64,000 nucleotides of DNA from Styela clava. Lineage: Eukaryota. A program made the position numbers and the translations under genes. The first letter of the stretch is position 1, and the number at the start of each line of letters is the position of its first letter. The stretch covers positions 5,518,001-5,582,000 of the forward strand of contig NC_135257.1 of NCBI RefSeq assembly GCF_964204865.1. Direction: 5' to 3'. Shown here piece by piece: positions 51,268 to 64,000 of the stretch. The notes beneath the pieces were generated by a model. That model was not told where the DNA came from, did not search any database, and saw nothing but the letters and a program-made list of their open reading frames with translations.

Positions 51268-54200
51268 ATGATAATTCTTAAGATATTTATATTTGTCGTT
51301 GTTTTTATAAACAAGTGTTTTACTCTACCTGCACCAGGTTCAACAGGTACGTTCAGAAATCTGTCTACTACTAATCGTAATTTTAATATGAATTAGAAAT
51401 CTAAATATCTTTTTCCATCATTGGCGTGGTCTCGGACAAATTATAAAAGTTTCTGTAATTCAATGTTCGCTTACAACTCTCCAATTTTTTTGAATACAAT
51501 TTCAGACACATTCGAATGTTATGCTTACGGTAGTCAGATTGAATTATTTCATACCAGAGTTTGTGATGGGATACGGGATTGTGACATGGGAGAAGATGAA
51601 ACAAACTGCCGCACTTCGCCAAACGTAAGCCAACTTTTTTTTAAATTAATACTGAAACTAATAAACCACAATTACTGCATTTAGCAAAGTAGCTTCAAGG
51701 ATTGAGATAAAAACCCATGAAATTAGTACAAATGTGGTAGATAATGTCATTACATTAGTCCAAATTATAGAAATATCGCATTTTGAAATGATAGTTATGT
51801 CAATTGAATCCAGAAATTACGTAAATAAAGGAAGAAAAAATGTTTGTGTTTTTGCTTATCACCACAATTACATCTACAGCTTATGGGTAATATATAGATC
51901 TATTCGAAGTAAGTCTTGGCGGAATACATTTTTGAACTTGGTATTATTATTAATATCATTATTATTCATTGCCGCTTATAACTGGCGAACTTTTGTGCAC
52001 CAAATCTATGATATTTCTCGTTAGATGTCCAAATGCTCCTTCCCATTATGAGGACTTAAAACTACCAACTGTGCTTTCCACGTAGCTTCAAATACGTGAA
52101 TATTTTGTTAAAGCAAGTATGCTATGGGGTTAATCAGATTTCTGCAGATGTTAGCTAAGCTTGTTTGGACATGTATGTATATAATTATAGGCGCTGCCGT
52201 AGTATGTGAATCAAGATGGCGGACACCGGAACGTAGTATGTGTACCAGGTTAGGGTCAGGACATAATTTTATTCCAATTTTCCTTATTTCAGTTCTACTA
52301 AGAGTTCGTGGACTGGCCGACTCCCGTAGTATTTGTACTAAAATTATGGCCTAACCCTAACCTGGTACACATACTACGTTCCTGTGCCCGCCATCTTGGT
52401 TCACATACTACATGAGTACTTGATTATATACTAAAAAACATTTATGCAATTCATGTGTATAAAAAGTTCAATCATGTGACAAAATTTCCGTCTATCCTTA
52501 AAAAGTTTAGGTGCTTATAACATTTCTCGGAAACTTCCATGAAGTTGTTCATATGTGATGTAAAAAACATTTTGAGTTTTACGGTATGCATTTATTTTTA
52601 TCGCCTTGCCACCCACACCAAAACCTAAGACCTTCCCTTTAGACTTGTGAAATAGCGCAGTTTCAGTGTGAAAATAGACGATGTTTGCCAAAGACTTGGG
52701 TTTGTGATGGAACTGATGACTGCCGTGATGGAAGCGATGAAGCGAATTGTGAAGGAGTCAGTAATTTTTATATGCTTTCTGTTGTGAGCTATTCGATTAG
52801 TCTGCAGATTACTGTTTTTGTTCATCAGAGCAAAAATTGCCTTCTACGTTATCTGTGGAGACAACTGTTTTTCTTTATTGGTATTTTTCCTGTTTTTCTT
52901 TATTGAGAAATTATACCGCTTTACTTCGATGACCCGATTTGGTCAAAATTCACGTGCAAAGATCAACATTGACTTACAGCAGGTTTCAATAAATCACACA
53001 TCCTGAAATAATGTCAACTGATTCCAGTGTGAATTGTGATGATAACATATCCGCATCGCCTCAGTTTTGAAAATAGAGCTCGATATCATTAATTAACTAA
53101 GATGAAAATTTCATTGATTAAAGGTTACATGCACCAGTGACTACTTCAGTTGTGGAAATGGAATTTGCATGCCATCCACATGGCGATGCGACGGCCAGAA
53201 CGATTGCCATAACGGTAATGACGAACTTGACTGTCCTGATGACAATGAAAAGGTAAGTTATGCATTCGTGTATTCAATTTCATATCAAGGTTTATGAAAT
53301 GTTATTGTACCTAACTATCCTGAACTAACAGACAGATGAAGTTAGGGGTATGAATCGGCTTATAATTTTCAATATATCACATTCTTTGCAAGGTAGTGTG
53401 AATGAGTTGAGAACCAAACCGGTGTCTCCAAAATGTCGTGTCCCACTTGTCCCACATTATCATATTTTTCAATTTCTAATTTTGAATATAGCGCTCCAAC
53501 ACCGTTTTCGTAAATTTAGAATTGTCGAACCAGATAAGTACGACTAGTAAATTTTGTATTCTATGGGAATTTTCCAAGATATTGGGGACGGGGTGAAATA
53601 TTATTTTGACCACGTAGAAATGCCATTATTGCCGATTTATTCAAGTATTTAGTATCAGTGTTTTATTCCAAAGCTGAGTTACGTGAATTCTCAACACTGA
53701 GTATTAGAGAGATTACTAATTTGCGAAATTTTTAATTATTATTATTTAATACGAATGTAACACGGACACGCTAAAAAATTAAAAGCCTAAAAATGACAAC
53801 TATCAGCTAATATTTACTGCGGCCTTGGATTATGACAAGTCCCACTTGGGAAGTCGCCATTAGGAAATAAAAATCGCTGTATTGTTGCGAAGTTTTCAGT
53901 CTTCAAGTAAATTTCGAAAAATAAAATTGTCACGGCGATCGTTTCGACGGCCGACATCCCAAATACGGTTGTTTGAAATAACGATACTCATTATTCGGTG
54001 TTGTGTTCGTTGAAAATATTCGAATAATTCGACTAAACAAACTATTTGCCCACCACTAATCACGACGCATGTTAATTAGCATTGAATGGCGTTATAGTGA
54101 ATAAGTAATAGTTTCACATTTAATGCAATTGATCGGCGCTACATGCGAGCGTGTTTTTGTACTTACTGTACTATAAACGATTTTGACGCTACTGACATCC

Positions 54201-57200
54201 GCAAGTTACACTTCTCTCAAAATTTATTTTCACGATTTCTAATGTTCTATTTTCAAATGCGGGTACTGCTGACTACGGATTCATGGTCGATATTTGAAAT
54301 AGGACTTGCAAAATATTCCCCATAAACCGCCAGGCACATAAGAGGCGGGCTACACGTAACTGTGGAATTTCGCTGTGAACGACCCATTTTTTTCAGTTTA
54401 TTGAACGCCTTACGTCGTCGTGAATTGCATTTTGGGTGCTCTGTTTTAATTTCACCGAAAATTTTGCGCCCATGTAGGTAACTATCCTATATCAACCCGG
54501 CTATATTCCGGCACTGATAAACCAAGTCATAATTTGTCACCCATGTCATCAATAACCAAAACTTTTGTGATTGCTATTACCAGAAAGCCTATGTTGAATG
54601 AAAGTGCGACCTGCGGTTTTACTCAGTTATCTTTATCTGGTCCTCCTGTATTAAATGTTGCACACCCTTGATTTTAACTACTTAAATTGAGAATAATTCA
54701 GGTAGTCTGTAGACTAATATGATATCGTCAGGCTAATAACCGTCATTTTTTACGGTTTTGAGTTTTTTGTAAAATGTAATAGGTAAGGTATTTATGTAAT
54801 TCTGTGCTGCAATTGTTTCGTCAAAATGAAGTATCCTCGTTACCGCATGACTATTGTGACCACACAAAGGCAAAATAACCTCGGCGACCGATTTTCAAGT
54901 TTTTGCATCTCAGATTCTTGCTTAGCGCTTATAAATTTGAATATTTACTACAGTATAGGAAGGCGTGCACTTGTGATATTCACTGTCTGAGTCCAATTCA
55001 CCTTATAGTTGGCTTTTATATAGGGGGACATTGCTGATTTATTCTTTATATTTATTTTTAGTCTTATTTCGGTGGGTGTGCAGAGCGTGTTATATTGATG
55101 AAACATATATTCTTAAACATAAAAAATAATGTATTTGAAACAGATTAGCTATTTTGGAGATTACACATCTTAGATACTGAGAAATACATTCGTTTTTGGA
55201 TTGTTTGGTTTTCAGGACTGGTGCATATAGTCAAGTTGCAAAATTGCGTATGTCCCCAGTCATAGACACATTTCTGCTTAAGTCACAGTGCGCCATTATG
55301 ACGTCACATAACTGCGTCATACAAATTAAGTTAAATCTGGCTACGATCAAAAAATTGAAGCATGGCAAAATATTGACTCACAATGGCATAACAATATCAT
55401 TAGGAAGTTTTTTACGTTTTTCTAAAAACTGCTAAAATTGACTTACGCAATTCGGTTATTAGCGTGACGATATGTAAAAGTTAATAATGTCCCGAGCAGA
55501 TGTTGACATTATCTATCGAACCAAGAAATTATTGCCCCAACTAACATGAATACTACCATATTATTTTATGATATTTTTACCATTCTATTGCATTTTTCTC
55601 TCTGATTTTATATGTAACTGCAATACCTTATATTTTTTCTGCCAAGATGTTTGTTACTTTAGTGCAAGAATCAATTGCTTTTACTATTTTATGCCAATTT
55701 CTTTTTATTTCTATGTTAAGTTCCATTATTTTTTTCATCTTCGAGTCAATTCGTATTTAATGATACTAGCCCAATTGAAAAAATACTACAGTCACAATTT
55801 CTCAAATCACTGTAATCATATATTTTTGGTGCATTCACTACAAAGACATAAAGTCATGTTTTTGGTGAAATTAGTCTGCTTTACGAATGTGTCTTTCTAA
55901 CAAAAATTAACGAATTGCTTCAATCGTTCATTAAAAAATTGAGCATATACTATATGTAAACATAGGCTTATTCGTCACGTATATTTTCTACAAATATCTC
56001 ATTCTTCGAAGACACGTTTTCCAAACCGGGAAAAAATTCATCCCTGGCGAATAACTTTGTCGTTTTGGCGAGGAATCGGCTTTGTATTTGCTGTAGTATT
56101 ACTGATTTTACAAAGTTCGTTATGCTTATTATAATATAAACCACACATTCAATTAGAAAATACTGGAACTGTACAAAATCGGTTTTTCAACTAGCGCACA
56201 GACAAGTTTTTATGCATAGTGAGGGAAGAATATAAGGTTCAAAAATTTGAGAAGGGAGAAGTTTAACGAAAAAGGTTGGGAATCACATGACTTGTACACC
56301 TACATCTTATTCATCAGATGTTTTGTCCACATGTATCCCATTTACCATACATACCATTTAACAAATGTTTTGTCTACCAACAGCTCATTCGCAAAGTGTT
56401 TTCTCTTCATACATGTTGTTCAGCAGATATTTTTACTACATACATCTCATTCACGTGATACATCTCCTATTTTGTCCACATACATCTCGTTTCCATAATG
56501 AATCAACAGCTCATTCGTGAAGTGTTTTCTCTTTATATATTTTGTGCAGAAGTTTTGTCTATGTATATCTCATTCGCCAGATAATTTGTCCACATGAATC
56601 CCATTTATCACACTTCTCATTCACTAGATATATTTTGTCCATATATGTCTCGTTTTCCTCATGAAACAGTCGCGGTGATTATTCGCTTGTTAAAAAAAAC
56701 GACTTTTTCAGCGAGATTTTTCTGTTGCGTAAAATATTCAACCCATGGCAATTAACTTAATTGTGTTTAATGTAACTCACGGTGGCTTCTATTCAATACA
56801 TTATTACTCTAAAAAACAAATTGAATATGTGGACATAAACACATGAGATAAACTGCCTGGTTAGTTCTGATAGGTATGTTTGCAATCTTGCTAATGCGTT
56901 ATCGCCGTTAGGAATCCGTATTTTGCCATTTTGGAAATTATAAAATTTTGTACTCGTAACACCGAACCGCACTATCGCAATGCTGTCACTAAGATTATTT
57001 TTAAGATATAACCGTTATTTCTCACGAAGTAAAATATAATTTAGCACCATAAAACTTGATTGGATTAATTAATTTATCATCACAATCCGCGTCGCGTTTA
57101 CAACTTTGTATATTGTTGGGACAAGTGGTACACGTGCTACACGTGGGACAAGTGGGAAAAGTGGGACACGACATTTTGGAGACACCAGAACCAAACAAAT

Positions 57201-60200
57201 TTGAAGTCGGTGTCACCTACTTACAAAGTTCGCCATGGCGTGATATAACAACAAACTGAGAAAGACATAAAATAAATTAATGTGAACAATTTAAAATCGT
57301 ATTTATTTTTATTTTGGAGTGCATCTCAAAAAACGAATTAATTCTATACTATAAGCATAAATCCACATATTCCCCACTGGTATTCAACATGAAATTTATT
57401 TCAGCTACGAGTATGTGAAGTAACGGAATTTCGTTGTGGAAGTGGAAGTTGTATTTCTAAACATTGGGTCTGCGATTTCCATAACGATTGCGGAGATAAC
57501 TCTGACGAATACAATTGTACTTCATCACCTGTGAGTAATTGGTTACAATTTTTTTTTGGCTACTGACCGTCAAGGCCTCGAGTCTTCATAATACTAACCC
57601 TCGAGGTAGGTTTCGGCCAGGGCTTGAATCAGTTTAAGTTAATTTGGTCAGAAGCACTCTATCGCCCATCTTACCGCAATGGCCTTTAGTAGCAAAAATA
57701 AAAGTTGGAATTGCCAACCTCCAGCTCTTTCAATTTCTAGTGTTTTTTTTCGTTATCAGACTTCTACCTGTAGTTTTATAATTTATTCTCGTAACATTTA
57801 TGCTGAATATTGTATAAAATCATAGATGGTTTGATAATCGAAAAAAACCTTATCTTCACTGATATCACTGAAAACTGATGCTTTTCTTTATTGAACGAGA
57901 ATTCGGGGTTATCTTCACGTGTCCGACTTGTTCAAAATTCACTTGTAACACTTGACGTCGACTTTGCAGCATGTTTCAGTAAATTATCTTTTTTATAACA
58001 TTATTAAAATTAAACGATTCCAATCTGAACTTTGATAATTTGTCATATTGCAACAAAATAAGGATATTGGGTATATCCGATTTCTATTCAATCGTTTCAA
58101 TGTATCTTATAGTTATTACAAAAACATTGATGTTGGCTTTGAAAAATAGAGAGTTTATTAATAAGATGTGAATCTTATTGACTGTAGGTTACTTGCATCG
58201 GTAGCTACTTTAGTTGTGGAAATGGCAAGTGCGTACCACGCAAATGGCGATGCGACGGCGAGAACGATTGTCATGACGGTGAAGACGAAGTTGGCTGTCC
58301 TGATATCAATGACAAAGTGAGTTATACTATTTACCATGCGTTTTCAAACTCATATGAAGTGTTAGTATAGTTACAAACTCAAATCCATGTCCTTGGACAC
58401 ACGTAGTTGGGTTATTTAGAAGGTTTATAATAATCCAGCTTGTCCGATTTATTTCTCATTTTTTATACTATTTGCGGGCTGGTGTATCGGAAATGCAAAC
58501 TGACCAAGTTCAAACGTGAAGTCAAGAGCACCAACTTATAACGCCAGCCATGACACGGATGTTTATAGCAATGATGTATTCCCTTGTAAACTCTAAAACG
58601 TAAGATGTATTCTAAACGTCAATTCATTTTATACATTGTACTATAGACTTGCAATAAACATCAGTTCCAATGTGGAAATGAGGACTGTTTTTCTAAGAAT
58701 AGCACTTGTGATGGCAAGAAAGACTGCTCAGATGGCTCAGACGAAAGTAACTGTGAGGTAAGGATAAAATCAGCCATATCATTTGAACAAGACAGCAATG
58801 CTCATATCTAACCGCAGCAGTAATCTATGCTGGGGATGCAACGAAAACTACTCAGCGGCTTTTTCAAATGCTTCAAATCCTTATTACGAAGCAAGACCCA
58901 TCACTGCGATAGCAATTTATTTCCGTACCCGTGAGGCAGAGGTAGGCAGAAGGTTTCCGTAGTGCGGTGTGCGAGATATTTTCAAAAATACAAAAGGAAT
59001 TCATTTTCATTGAATTTTCCACATAGAGAAATGTATTAATGTGAATTTGATTATAGTTATTTGGTCATTTGTAACGCGCAAGATTTTTTACGATAAGTGT
59101 GGTCGGTTCTTCAGTTTTTCCATCAGTATAAATACGGTCGCTTGTGCCTCATAAATATTTAATCGGAGTTTGGTGAAATATTTTGTTTGTTTATGTACTT
59201 GTGAAAAATGATGTTTGCTTAAGTGTATTCACTCATTGGGAGTTCGTTCACCAGTGTTTTATTTGATATGTTCTTGTTAATCCTTTAGACCAGTTCTTTT
59301 CTGCTTATATGGACAAAATAATTGTCAAAGTTAATTCTTATTCAGCTACAGAAAACATTCATTTGTAGTACGCAAAAATAAAATATTGCAAACCCTTGAC
59401 GCGGGGCCTTTTCTGGGCATTCGGTTTGTCAAAACGATCGGCGGACCAGTCCATATGGTAGCTTGATATACGCAAAACCAGGGAAATTTGGGATGGCATA
59501 GTGAGCCCTATGAGATCATGACTCCTTCCATGACTTATAGTTTTGCTTTTGAAATCGATTCGATCCATTCATATTACTCATTAATAATTTTCCACAACAA
59601 CCAGAATCGCCCCAACAAAAACATACCAATTCAGAAAAACCCATGAGTTCAAGTAGAATGATACACATTATCTGCAGTAGGTTCAATTATGACTTGTTTC
59701 TCTAATTAAAAATAACACCTATTTTGAATTTAATTCTAGATTCGAAATAACTGCGCATTATATAATTTTGAACTACATTTTTGTGTTTCAAATCTATTGT
59801 TTTCAATTTTGCCTATTCTTGTAGTAAAATAACTCTAATTTCATTCAGAAATGTAAATCAGGAGCATTCAAGTGTTGGGATGACAGTAACTGTATTTCTG
59901 ATTTTTCGAAATGTGATGCAATCGAAGATTGTGATGATGGTTCAGATGAAATGTTCTGCCCGGAGGTAAATATATTTTTGAAACTAACTTGAAAAAGATT
60001 CCATTAAATTCCAAGCAACGTTTTCGTCACAATATCAAATGTTCAGCTCACTCCGGAACGAGCATTTAATAATGCCACAATTCGTTTTCATGCTCATTCA
60101 TTTCGAAATAATGATTTCGTGTTTTACCAAACTGTGTAGAAACAAGAGAGCTGTGCTCAAATATATGGACACGTTAACTAGAGCGAAGCAGTATTTACCT

Positions 60201-61152
60201 TTGACGCCACCGGTACCCACAAAAAACTCCGAGTTCCGCGTAGAAATAATTTACAGAATCAAACCGGACAGCCAGTATTCTCATGGATAAAATAATACAG
60301 CGAAATTTTAGACGAAATATCAGATTTCATGCGAAATTTAGAAATGAATAAAAGTAATAGCCTTCTGGCAAAAAAATCAATCTTCACTCACTGAAAATTT
60401 GGTCAAGCAATTGGTCAAGTATTCGAAGAGAAAAGCGGTTTTTTTAAAATGATAGAGACAACTAATAATGAAAATAACAATAAAAATTTTGAAACGATCG
60501 TTATGTCCACTACGTGTCCAATAAAGAAAACTTCGTCATTATCTTTCTGCAGTGCGAAGAATTCCTTTGCAACACCAGAGAGTGTATTCCTAATGAACAA
60601 GCATGCGATGGTATTCAACAATGTTCAGATGGAACGGATGAAAAAGATTGTGAAGTTTGTAGATGATATTTAAATCTTACAGTATATATATATATGTGTG
60701 TGTGTGTATGGCTAATAACACCACGATCCTGTTTGACACTTTATTATTAAGTTATATTATACCTTTAATTTTAAGAAACAGCAAAACGTTAGGTATGCTG
60801 AGATCCTGAATGCCGCGAATGACGTCATTTGCAATGACATCCCGACTTCAGTATACTTCAGTATACATTAACGCAAAATTGTTACCATAACGTGTATTGA
60901 AAAACGTTATGGCATAGGCATGGTTTGAACTTTTGGAATTGGAATTCTACTCAGAGATGATGATAAATATTTATCGTGTTTAAATAATTTGTAATTTTCA
61001 CTCAATTACCTCTATAGTATGTTCGAGGATGTCCACCAAATCACTTTCAATGTGACAATGGACAATGCAGACCAAATAAATGGAAATGTGATGGAATTGA
61101 TGACTGCGGGGATGAATCGGATGAAATCGATTGCACATATTACGGGAATTGA
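51268..61152 (+). CDS. Secreted poly-LDLa protein (signal peptide and 9 LDL-receptor class A modules, no TM)
   Basis: Exons 51268-51346, 51506-51624, 52643-52756, 53124-53252, 57405-57530, 58188-58316, 58647-58757, 59849-59965, 60553-60654 and 61018-61152. Each exon after the first encodes one C..F.C..C....CD...C.D..DE..C module. All introns are GT-AG and in frame; the protein ends DCTYYGN*. Confidence 0.88.
52190..52420. mobile_element. Palindromic MITE
   Basis: ~70-bp inverted arms GTAGTATGTGAATCAAGATGGCGGACACCGGAACGTAGTATGTGTACCAGGTTAGGG (52199) and their reverse complement ending at 52411. Confidence 0.85.
53420..57187. mobile_element. 3.8-kb non-autonomous MULE-like element in LDLa intron 4
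   Basis: TIR GGTGTCTCCAAAATGTCGTGTCCCACTT / AAGTGGGACACGACATTTTGGAGACACC with a 9-10-bp TSD (A)GAACCAAAC (53411-53419, 57188-57196). No transposase ORF is seen. Confidence 0.85.
57565..57685 (-). repeat. Possible tRNA-derived SINE head
   Basis: The minus strand reads GGCCATTGCGGTAAGATGGGCGATAGAG...GATTCAAGCCCTGGCC, resembling degenerate Pol III A and B boxes. Confidence 0.35.
60141..60524 (-). mobile_element. HINE copy
   Basis: AACAAGAGAGCTGTGCTCAAATATATGGACACGT...GTCCACTACGTGTCCAATAA. Partial copies lie at ~62521-62600 and, inverted, at ~10224-10282. Confidence 0.72.
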
Positions 61153-62282
61153 TATATATATATATATATAATCTATGAACTTGACTATGGGAGCTTATTC
61201 CGATTATCATTCATACATTTTTTTTATGATTCTTATTGGAATAACCTAACTGATTTCTTGTAAGGTGATATCACCACCCTATAAACATCACATTCATCGA
61301 GTGTTTTGCGTCCATATTTTATCTTCGGTCGATGAAATACATAATGGAACGTACGTATAACATTTCTCATTTTATCAACAGACTAAGTTGAACTGGTTGA
61401 CTAGCAAAAATTTATGTCTATATTAACATAGTTATGGACTAACCTGGTCAACAAGTTGAGCCGATTACGTCTGCGCTTTAAACAGTAATAAACTGAGTAT
61501 ATGTTCCAAATATATGATTTCATATATTGGGCACACTCAATGGCAATCGCATGGTTCTCAAACCTGAATGAATTTGAGAAATAAATATTTACTGTTGAAA
61601 ATTCTGCATTAAGAAGATAGCTACGATCTACTACTCTAGGTTGGAAATTTTTCTCCAAGAACATTGAGTTCTGTGAAATTCACTACCACCTTGTTGTTTT
61701 CCTGATCATATTGCCCCTGGCATTTTAGTAATCTTGTAGCAAAATATTGTCAACCAACGAATATGCTTAAGAAATTAAGATTGAATATTAGCTACATCGT
61801 AGCAGTTCTTACAAGGCGACAAGTGTATCGGTCAAAATGAATAAATGTATATATATATATATTGGGTTTAATTGGACAGAATATTAAAGTGGATTGAATC
61901 TGATATTTACTATCAAGTATATACTTGAACTTGTAAATTCTTTAAATTTCTTTACGGCCGATATTGGGTACATCCAACTAAATAAGTGAGATAAATTCTG
62001 GGGCGGATTGTAAATACGTCAAAAATTGTGTATATTAAATGTAAATAATACATATTATATAAATATTCTTCGATTACGGATTATACACAACTTCAATTTT
62101 CGAAGAAAATAAATTTGGCCGTAGGCACTAGTCGTGGTATTATACAAAGTTGTGCTTTCTCAATTCTTAGTACATACATATTTACTTGGATTATCAAGCA
62201 ACAAACGAACCTACAGTTTTTTAGTCAACATAAATTTTCAGTTTAGGGCAGTTTAATTTTGTTACAGTGTAACAAAACTGCC

Positions 62283-63712
62283 ATGATAACTCTAAGAATA
62301 ATCGTGTTCATCTCGGCCTTGATAGCCAAATGTTATGGAATTCCGAAGCCGGGTATGTTTCAAATATTCTTGGTATCTTGTTTCTTGATATCTTAGGTTG
62401 GCTTGTTTTATAAGTATTTTCTTGGAGAAATGAGTGGGGAAATCTGTGACTATGATATCTGTGATAAAGCAATATAAAACAATGTGGCATTTATTAGCAA
62501 GATTCTGCATAGTCATGTACAACAAGAGAGCAATCTCAAATATATGGACCTAGCGAACAACAACAATCTTTGACCAAAACGATCGATGGGTTCACACTAT
62601 CAGCTCAATCCACAAACATATAGACACCGAGTCCGTTACCGTTTAAAACGCATGTCACCTGAAAATGCGTTGGCAATATTTTGTAAAATCTTCAACCAGA
62701 CAAGGTCCAGATTGAATTTGAAGATGATAGAAATAATAATGACTTATAAGACAATTCAATTTAACTATCAAAACCTGGAAACAATTAGTTCAGTGGATAA
62801 GATAAAAATTTTGTTACAACTACAATTGGAAAAAATGCAATAATTCTCTGTCTGAACAGTGCAAACGCGTGATACTTCTGCAAAATAAAAACGTGTTTAT
62901 TACGTTTCCTATAGACGTTATTCGTTGCGTTTCTTTCGGAAGCCAAATTGCTATATCCGGTAGAAGAGTTTGTGATGGAATGCGCGATTGTGACGAAGGC
63001 GAAGACGAAGAAAATTGCGATCAATCACTCCATCCATACGTAAGTCTACAATAAAAATGAAATGAAATTTTGAATCAACTTGTTCTCTATTTGAAATGTT
63101 GCAAGGTTTGTCCCATATAAGTTTCTGAACAATTCGCAACTATGCGTCTCGGTACTATGTTTTGCAAGAACGGTATTTTTTGTTAGTTGGTCATACCCAT
63201 TTTTGTCAGTACCTAACTCAATTAAGATGATGTTTGGTTATATCACCACATTTATGTCGTAGCGTTGAAATATTCGGACACAAAAGCGAATTTTTATCAG
63301 TAGCCTATCGGTAGTTTTTCTATCAAAAATAGTATTATTGTTAAATATCAAGTTTTTGACTGTAATTTAAATATGCCATCATGATAGTCTAAGTCACAAA
63401 TTCGACTTTGCAAAATAGATGTTTCAGAATTTTTGGATTGGTTTTAATACTCAATGTGAAAATTGCGATGTCGATTTTATTTTTTGAAACCGATGTATAT
63501 TAAAAACTTTTAGAAATTCAATTTAGAGGTAACGATAGTAGAAAATTATGGAACTAATGACATAGCTATTTGTGCTTTTCCGCCCCTCATCTTTTTGTTA
63601 GGATTGTGCAAAAAGAGAGTTTCAATGTTCAAACGGCATATGCTTACCAAAATTCCTGCATTGTGATGGAATAGAAGATTGTGGAGATGGAAGCGATGAA
63701 ACCAATTGTGAC
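62283..63712 (+). CDS. Second poly-LDLa paralog, 5' part (probably continues beyond the window)
   Basis: Signal exon 62283-62352 ([23 protein letters not shown]), exon 62915-63039 (CVSFGSQ...[17 protein letters not shown]) and exon 63602-63712 ([35 protein letters not shown]). Intron phases match the first gene. Confidence 0.85.
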
Positions 63713-64000
63713 GTAATTAACGTAATTATTTTTTTGTGCTTTTGATTAGTTTAACTCGTTATTGTATTTTTATCTCACTCGTGACAGTATTGACCAAAAC
63801 CTGTCTACAAAGTGAAGAACGTGTAAATATTTAAAGTTTCATGGTCACACTATTTATAATCTCACAAAAAATTCAGCTCAATCCCGTCAAATACCTATAA
63901 TTTAGACAAGCAAAATCAACGTCTAATAACGTTTTAAATATAGTTTAACCTTATCACGCAAACAAGAAACAAACAGTTTAAGTCGATACAGGTGAATATG

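Noticed and set aside
52248-52362. TTAGGG/CCCTAA telomere-like motifs
   Set aside because: Only 1-2 units, inside MITE arms.
57022-57216. Cys-rich ORF ([17 protein letters not shown]) resembling a metallothionein
   Set aside because: It is the translation of GTGGGACA subterminal repeats in the MULE-like TIR.
61152-62915. A single long LDLa gene running to the window end
   Set aside because: There is an in-frame stop shared with the pseudogene, and a separate signal-peptide exon at 62283.
1-64000. CRISPR arrays, rRNA/tRNA genes or prokaryotic operons
   Set aside because: No repeat-spacer array or full cloverleaf was seen; the sequence is intron-containing eukaryotic DNA.

Overview
AT-rich eukaryotic genomic DNA with short GT-AG introns. 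The gene repertoire (LRR-less LDLa-GPCR, short-collagen C-type lectins) suggests an invertebrate chordate, probably an ascidian; this is inference. The window is a birth-and-death cluster of secreted, recognition-type genes in a dense transposon mosaic. From 5' to 3': (1) a decayed CR1-group LINE; (2) a pseudogenised LDLa-repeat/7TM (GRL101-like) receptor; (3) three tandem four-exon 'mini-collectin' genes (signal peptide, 7-10 Gly-X-Y triplets, coiled neck, atypical C-type lectin domain), two intact and one disrupted by a foldback element inside an exon; (4) between lectin copies A and B, a young BEL/Pao LTR element with intact gag-protease but deleted RT/RNaseH, nested in an older element; (5) a signal-peptide/Thr-rich/pentraxin gene with an apparent frameshift, lying between the 5' and 3' relics of a dead LDLa gene; (6) an intact 10-exon gene for a secreted protein of nine LDLa modules on phase-0 exons, followed by the start of a paralog. 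Many non-autonomous elements can be delimited by TIRs and TSDs (hAT MITEs, a MULE-like element, a solo LTR, Helentron-type HINEs). Exon structures and coordinates were read by eye and no database search was run.
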